Shown here: in pieces, positions 57,301 to 64,000 of the stretch
How the letters are laid out: every line of letters starts with the position of its first letter
Position numbering within the stretch: position 1 is the first letter of the stretch
Assembly: GCA_043228905.1 (NCBI GenBank)
Contig: JBHGNT010000017.1
Location: 6,386,001-6,450,000 of the forward strand
Direction: 5' to 3'
Source: Azolla caroliniana
Taxonomy: Eukaryota; Plantae; Polypodiophyta
DNA length: 64,000 nt
Program-made: the position numbers and the translations under genes
Notes under the pieces: generated by a model
Database searches by the model: none
Told to the model about the DNA's origin: nothing
The model's input: the letters and a program-made list of their open reading frames with translations, nothing else

Positions 57301-60111
57301 TCCTCAGTGATGGGCTCCTCGGCCTCGTCCCATTCGACACGAGTCGTTGTTAACGCCTGTTGCTTCTGTGTTTTTGGTGGGGGTGGTGCCGAGGTGGAAG
57401 TAGGGTTCTGAATGGCCGAGGGAGGTGGAGAAGGCGAGGGGAGGGGTCTTCCCATTCTTCCTGGGTTAACACCAAAATCTTCTCTCGTTGTTTTCGTCGT
57501 GGTGGTGGGGAGGTAAGGATGCAACGAGGGGAAACCGAAGGAGGGGGGTAGAGGACTGTGAGGAAATGATTAATCACAGGCAACAATTGTTTACTGGTTT
57601 GAAAAGATTCGAGCGCCGCACGGACTCCTTCGCCAGTGATGATTCCCCAATCGATTTTGTTTCCTTCATACGCCCGGATGATGATGGCAGCTTTATTCTG
57701 TGGCATACTCGTGGGATTTGTATGCACAAAGGCATATTCCATCAAAATCTGAGCGATCTCCCCAAAAGCCTTGTTTGGCCCTCCGTAAGCGCGGTAAGAT
57801 TTACCCAACATCGAATACATCCCAAAATATTCCTTGAGGGTCGAGTGGGGCGGGATTTCGACCTCATGGTCTTCGCCTCACGCAAGGTCCAGAACAGCGC
57901 GAATCATGTTGTTGGTTACTGTGTCAGGGTGGATTCTGCGTGCTATTGTTGGAGCATCAGGGTGTGCTGGGGCGTCGATGACCCGTAAGTACCCACCCAG
58001 TCCTCGTTGTTGTACCCAAGAACGGGTTTCGTGCGATGCTGCAAGAGGCATGGTGGACGCGAAGGTTTGTTGACAAGAGGCGTGGGGGGAAGAGATGAGA
58101 CGAGGGCAAGACAGAGAGCTGAAAGAAGATGGTTGGGGAGGACATTTTTGTTCTGTGCAGGGACTACGAGGGCGAGAGGAGGCCGGTTTGTAGGGGTGAT
58201 GAGAACGAGAGAGAGCTTGGGAGCTTGAAGGCGGTGAAGGCAAGAACGCGTCTGTGAGTGGGGTAGTTTCTTTTATGTGACTGCCTAGGGTTTTGTGCAG
58301 GGAGAAGATCCTTGAGATTCCTGGTCGTGGTTGCCATAATAAGGTATTATGGCCACACGTCCCAGGAGTGCTAAGTCTGGTGTGCATGCTCCTTAAATAT
58401 TCTATTTTAAAGTGAATGTGACTAGTTGGTGCGCCTAAGAAAATCTCGTGATTTGGGGTGATTAGTCAGGTAGTTTTAGGTAAGGCTAATTTAACTGCTA
58501 AAAACCATTCCTACTATATACATTGGTGGGTAGGTCATTATTTTACCGATGGGGACATGTGGCCTCCTTCGAGGCGTCATCCGTGAACTGGTTCGGGCCG
58601 TGGGTCTCGGCGAAAGGATTAACTGGGGTCTTCCCGTGGTAAGGTCGAAGTCGGAAGCCATTTACCCAGCTTTTGACGATGTCTCCGGCAAGTGTGCTGA
58701 GTTGGAATGTGCCGTTAAACTCGTCAATTATCCAGAAAGGGGCCTGTCCATCGGAATCATAATTTCCTTGGCATAGCAACGAGTCGTGTTTGGAAGACCA
58801 GTAGTGGTTTGCTGATGGTAAGTGTTTTCTCCGTACCATTCCGGTGTCGATCGATGAAGGCTTTGCGTTGTCGTTGGCGTTGTTCCAGGTGAGCCATGCT
58901 GGCCACTCGTTGTTCGCCGAGTTCGAGGAGTTGTTCGAGCCGATATTGCTCTGATTGGGCCTCGGGTAGCCTTTCCTTAACCTGAACTTGGAGACTCGGA
59001 ACTTGGAACTCGATTGGCATGACTGCTTCCAAACCAAAGGCCATCCGAAAGGGTGTAGACCAAATGCTAGTTTTGAATGTGGTGCCATATGCCCATAATG
59101 CACTCTGGAGCTTGTCATCCCAATTGATGCGGTTCTCATTGACGATCTTTTTCAGGATTGTTTGCAAAATTTTATTAGTAGACTCCGACAATCCGTTTAC
59201 CTATGGATAGTACGGCGTACTTTTCTTATATACGACCACGTAGTGTGTAGTGAGCTCGCGAATTATGTGGTTTATAAAATGCCCGCCTTGGTCACTAATG
59301 AGCTCGATTGGGCATCCATATTGGCACCATAGATGTTCGTATACGAATTTTGTCGTGGATGCAGCTGTGTTGTTCCGTAGTGCCTTAGCCTCAACCCATT
59401 TTGTGCAATAGTCCGTGGCCACGATGATGTATTTGTTACTGGTGTGGGCCGCGGCCGGTTTGAAAGGTCCTACAAAATCTAACCCCCACTTTTGAAATGG
59501 CTCTAACGGAGAAATGGGTTGGTGTGGCATCCGGGCTTGGTTGGTTGGTTGTCCCATTCGTTGACACAGATCACATTGTCGACAGAATTCATGAGCATCT
59601 TTTTTTGTTGTGGGCCGCCATAAGCCACTCTACCATATTTTTCTTGTTGTGGCCTCTCCAGTGTAATGTCCCCCCGCGATTCCGTGATGTGCCTCCTGGA
59701 AGACTGCGGGTTCTCGAATTGACGGATTGCAAGGCGCCAAATGCTGTCCGAGCCTTTGTGGTAGAGGGTGTCCGAGACGAGACAGAAGTTTCGGCTCCTG
59801 ACAGCTAGTCATTTCCGAGCGTTGAGGGTCAAGTGGTCAGGAGGAAGGCCGGTGCTGAGAAAATGGGTCATCTCTGCGATCCATTCATCCTCATTTTTGT
59901 CTGGCACCATTGCGAGAATGAAAAGGACGACGTTGGGTAGATCATCGTACGTGGACTCGGCTGGTTCGCCTGACTCGAGGCGGCTCAGGTAGTCAGCTAC
60001 GGCAAGTTGGACGTCAAGCCGGTGCTGGATCTGAAAATCAAACTCCTGTAGCAAGAGCATCCATCGGGCCAAGCGACTTGTGAGGGCCTGCTTATTAACC
60101 AAGTAGAGGAG
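54383..60111 (-). mobile_element. Ty3/gypsy element, 3' half: RNase H end, integrase (about 59800-58543), long extra ORF, 3' LTR 54383-54876
   Basis: RLARWMLLLQEFDFQIQHR..VADYLSRL; HHGIAGGH..CRQCDLC; WGLDFVGPF, TDYCTKWVEA, ISDQGGHF; WTGPF motif; no chromodomain seen. The LTR is bounded by TG...CA with a minus-strand TATA. Confidence 0.92.
55010..58051 (-). pseudogene. Extra ORF of about 1000 codons downstream of the gypsy integrase, broken by stops and frameshifts
   Basis: Consecutive same-strand ORF pieces 57878-58051, 57350-57820, 56127-57524, 55856-56065 and 55010-55855. N-terminal part has KIDWGIITGE, followed by Pro/Thr-rich and coiled-coil-like regions. Confidence 0.7.
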
Positions 60112-63100
60112 TGTTAAGAGACAAGCTCAACATCGGCCGGATTGGCTAAAGAAGCCGAGGACCGGATCGGTTGGGACCGATCGGTTAGGCCGAATGCGTA
60201 AACCAGTACGCAGACCGGTGCGTAGTTAGGGCCGGATCGGTGCGTAAACCGGGAGGCCGTTAGGAAAGATATTCCGCGGGGAATATATTTGGGAGTTAGT
60301 GTAGGAGCTCTTAATGAGCATTGAAGTACTGTCAGTACTTCGATCAGTCCTTCTAGGACTTGTATAAAAGCGTTCATTGAACACACATATGTATAGTGTG
60401 GTGAATAGAGATTGTTTTTTTTTCTCTCACTCTCTCTGTCTCTCCCGCGTATACTGCGTAAGCTCAAGCTCTCTATTAAACCTGAGTTTTCTTCCTTCTG
60501 TTCGGTCTTCATACTTGCTTCCGCATGTTACTTTTACATGGTATCAGAGCGCGAGGGTTGAGAACCTCTCTGCAGCCGACACAGCTTGTCGAAGAAGAAC
60601 AAGAAGAACGATGGATAGAGGCATGGTGAGCTCGCTTCCAACAGAGAAGCTCGACAGAAGCAACTACGCGTCTTGGTCCTACAAGATGCACCAGTACCTG
60701 CTCGGGCACGGCTACTGGAGTTATGTCGAAGGAGCTAATGACGCGGCACCCGAATCGACACACATAGACTTCCCGTCATGGGAGCAATTGGCGAGCAGGG
60801 TATTATACTGCTTCGCGTCGTGTGTGGGTGAACAACTATTAAGCTATGTTCGGGATGCAAAGACGCCGAAGGGTGCATGGGAAAATCTGAAGAAGATCTT
60901 CGTCGCGAGCACCACAGCCAGGAAGCTTCAGCTCCGACAGGAGTTGAGTAACCTATGACAACGCGACTTGTCGGTGGTGGACTATACCTCGAAGATCAAG
61001 GATATCTGCGACTCCCTCGCCTCCATAGAGGTGAACATCGAGGAGAGCGAGATGGTCCAGATCTGTGTCGGAGGTTTGGCATCGAAGTTCGGAGCGTTCC
61101 GAAGGGCTGTGTGTACCCGGGAGAATACGCTGTCCTTTTTCGACTTACAGTCGATGCTCCTTGTAGAGGAGAACCACGCGGGTGCGTCTACAAGCACGCA
61201 CACCGACATCAGAATGCTGTACACGGAGGGAGATAGGCCCCGTGGACGTGGAGGACGAGGCGAGTCGGCACGCAATGGAGGCGGCCGACGAGATCAAGAA
61301 AGAAGGCACCGAGGTGATGCCGACAGCAACTCCGGACCCTCCGGAAACAAGGGGAGTCGAAGCGATGAGAACCGGCGAGGGAAGGCCATCGCGGAGTGCT
61401 GGTACTGTGGCAAGAAAGGCCACAGGGAAAGTGAGTGTTGGAAGAAGCACGCCGATTTGGAGAGAACCGGTTCCGGAAATGGCTCCGGACATACCGACAA
61501 GGGAAATCGGCAGCGATCGCACTACGCCGAAGACTCCGGGAGAGACGGAGAATGGCCTGCCTTCATGACGAGACACGAAGCAAACTCAATGAAACGGACC
61601 ACCCCGAGATCAGACGAGGTGTGGTACGTTGACTCCGGCGCGTCAGACCACATGACGAGCCATAAGGAGTGGTTCTCGTACCTTGAAAAACCGATACAAC
61701 CTGGAGTAGTCGCAACTGGAGACGACACTCCGCATCCTATCGTGAATGTCGGAGAAGTTGCCGTTAGCCATGTCGGGCAGAAAGGGAAACTCATGAATGT
61801 GCTGTACGTTCCGACAATCACGAAAAACTTGGTCTCGGTCGGACAGATCGTCGACCAAGGGATGGATGTTTGGTTTACACACCTCGGGTGCTTCATTGAG
61901 GAAGAAGGTTGTGTGATTGCACAAGGGCACAGAGACGGGAGAATGTTCATCCTCGATTCCACTGACGGTGGCACCGCAATGTTCGCGAAGGGACAAAAAG
62001 CCGAGTCGGACATCGACTTGTGGCACAAGCGGATAGGCCACGTCAACTACCAGCGGCTTCAAGATCTGCAATCAAAACAGGTAGTGTTCGGATTGCCCAA
62101 ATTTAGTGGCCGAAAGGGACAAATTTGTGAAGCCTGCCAGCTCGGGAAGCAACACCGACTTCCCTTCCCCAACGAGCGAAACCGGAGACGGAACAAGCTC
62201 GACCTTATACACTCCGATGTATGGGGGCCGGCACAAAACGTTAGTCTTGGCGGGAGCCGATATTTCGTCTCCTTCATCGACGACCACACGCGGCACACGT
62301 GGATCTACCTCATTGAGAGGAAGAGCGAAGTCTTCGACTGTTTCCGGGACCTCAAAGGGTTCGTGGAAAAGGAAACGGGACGAAAGATCAAGTGCCTGCG
62401 GTCGGATGGCGGGAAAGACTACTTTTCTGGTCAATTCAATGGTTATCTACAACAAATGGGAATTCGGCGTGAATTCAGTTGTAGATACACGCCGGAGTAG
62501 AACGGCGTGGCCGAGAGGAAGAATCGGTCAGTTGTGGAAGTGGCACGGGCAATGCTGGAGGAGAAGAGCATGCCCAAGTTCTATTGGGCCGAGGCGGTAA
62601 GGACCGCGGTATACATCCAGAACTGGATCGTCGACAAAGTGTCGGCGCACGAGCTATATTTCGGAACGAAGCCGAACTTGCGACACTTGAGGGTGTTCGG
62701 TAGCATCGCGTATGTGCATGTACTGAAGGAGAAAAGGAGGAAGCTGGATGCAGAGGCCGAGAAATGCATCTTGGTCGGTTACTCGGACGAGCAGAAGGGT
62801 TATAAGTGCTATAACCCTCGCACCAAACAAGCGCGTGTGAGCTGCGACGTTGTGTTTGACGAGTCCGCGTCCTAGTACCTGCCCCCGACTACGAACCTCG
62901 CCTCCAATCCAAGCTCTGACGATGAGGTCAGCGAGGCCGAGATGCCTCCGGATGAGCCCGAAATCGAGACCCGCAAAGAGAGTCCGATTTCACTCCGGTT
63001 AAGTGGACTGATTGGACGACTGAGTCGGTACGACCAGTCCGATGAAGAGCCGGCGAGTAGTTGAGACTCGGCCGTGCATTCCCCGTGTAGGAAGCTGAGG

Positions 63101-64000
63101 AGACGGCTTACGCGCAAAGAGAAAGGGAAGAGGAAGGTGTCGGATTCCGGCACGGATAAGAACGAGTCAGACCGACGCGAGTCTGACTCCGAGGGAACCG
63201 ATGACGGGTCTTTAAAGGTGAAGTCTGCGTCGACCGAGAAGGCCTCGACATCGGCTAATGTGAGATTACGCCGATCCACCCGCCAGAAGAATCCAGTTTT
63301 GTGGTTCGGATACAACGAGTACATGGCGCATCATTATGCGTACATGACCCGTGTAGCGCAAGTGCGTGAGCCGGGGAGCTACGCAGAAGCGGCTAAAGAC
63401 GCGAATTGGCGTGCCGCGATGGAGGAAGAGATGCACGCATTGGCGGAGAACGAGACCTGGGACCTGGTTGACGCACCAAGAGGGGTAAAACCGATCGGGT
63501 GTAGGTGGGTGTACAAGGTCAAGTACAACACCGATGGCTTGGTCAACCGGTACAAGGCTTGGCTAGTGGCAAAGGGCTAGGCGTAGAAACACGGCATCGA
63601 CTACGATGAGACGTTTGCGCCAGTCGTGAAAATGACGACCGTCCGTGTTTTGCTCACAGTAGTTGTGATGAAGGGGTGGCACTTACATCAGATGGATGTA
63701 AAGAATGCGTTCCTGCAAGGTGACCTTGAGGAACAGGTGTACATGGTACAACCCCCCGGATTTCACTCTAGAACGAACTCCTCGGCAGTATGCCCACTGA
63801 AGAAGTCCCTTTACGGACTGAAGCAAGCCCCGCGTGCCTGGAACGCGAAGATCACGCAACAACTGCGTCGGATGGGCTTCGTCACGCCAAAATCGGACTC
63901 TTCCCTGTTCATCCGGAAAGGTCGACTCGAACCGGTTAGTATGGTACTATATGTTGATGACTTGGTCATCACCGGCGCCGACTTAGGTGAAATTGACCGT
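60112..64000 (+). mobile_element. Ty1/copia element nested in the gypsy RNase H region. 5' LTR 60112-60538, PBS 60539-60550, gag-pol runs off the window end
   Basis: TG...CA LTR followed by TGGTATCAGAGC. Gag-pol is closely related to the 23232-29082 element (CWYCGKKGHRESECW, WYVDSGASDHM, HSDVWGP, LYVDDL). Several in-frame stops. Confidence 0.96.

Overview
Repeat-rich land-plant genomic DNA (spliceosomal introns, AAAP transporter genes, Ty1/copia, Ty3/gypsy and L1-type LINEs; a non-seed plant such as a fern is my guess and is not proven). Host genes: two intact 7-exon GAT1-like GABA/amino-acid transporter genes (11523-15798 and 45814-50345, 459 aa each). Several partial duplicates and scrambled intronless SAC-phosphatase fragments lie between them in a rearranged tandem array. 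The standout is a candidate DNA transposon family present as two diverged, decayed copies (about 1-4970 and about 22343-34456). Each pairs a Sola/DUF7869-like DDE transposase head-to-head with an intron-containing gene for a ParB/Srx-like domain fused to a beta-class amino (N6A/N4C) DNA methyltransferase, and each has a related TCGA-core palindrome between the two genes. A second oddity is a gypsy element whose 3' LTR is preceded by a tRNA-3'-end sequence instead of a polypurine tract. All calls come from manual reading and translation; no database searches were run.
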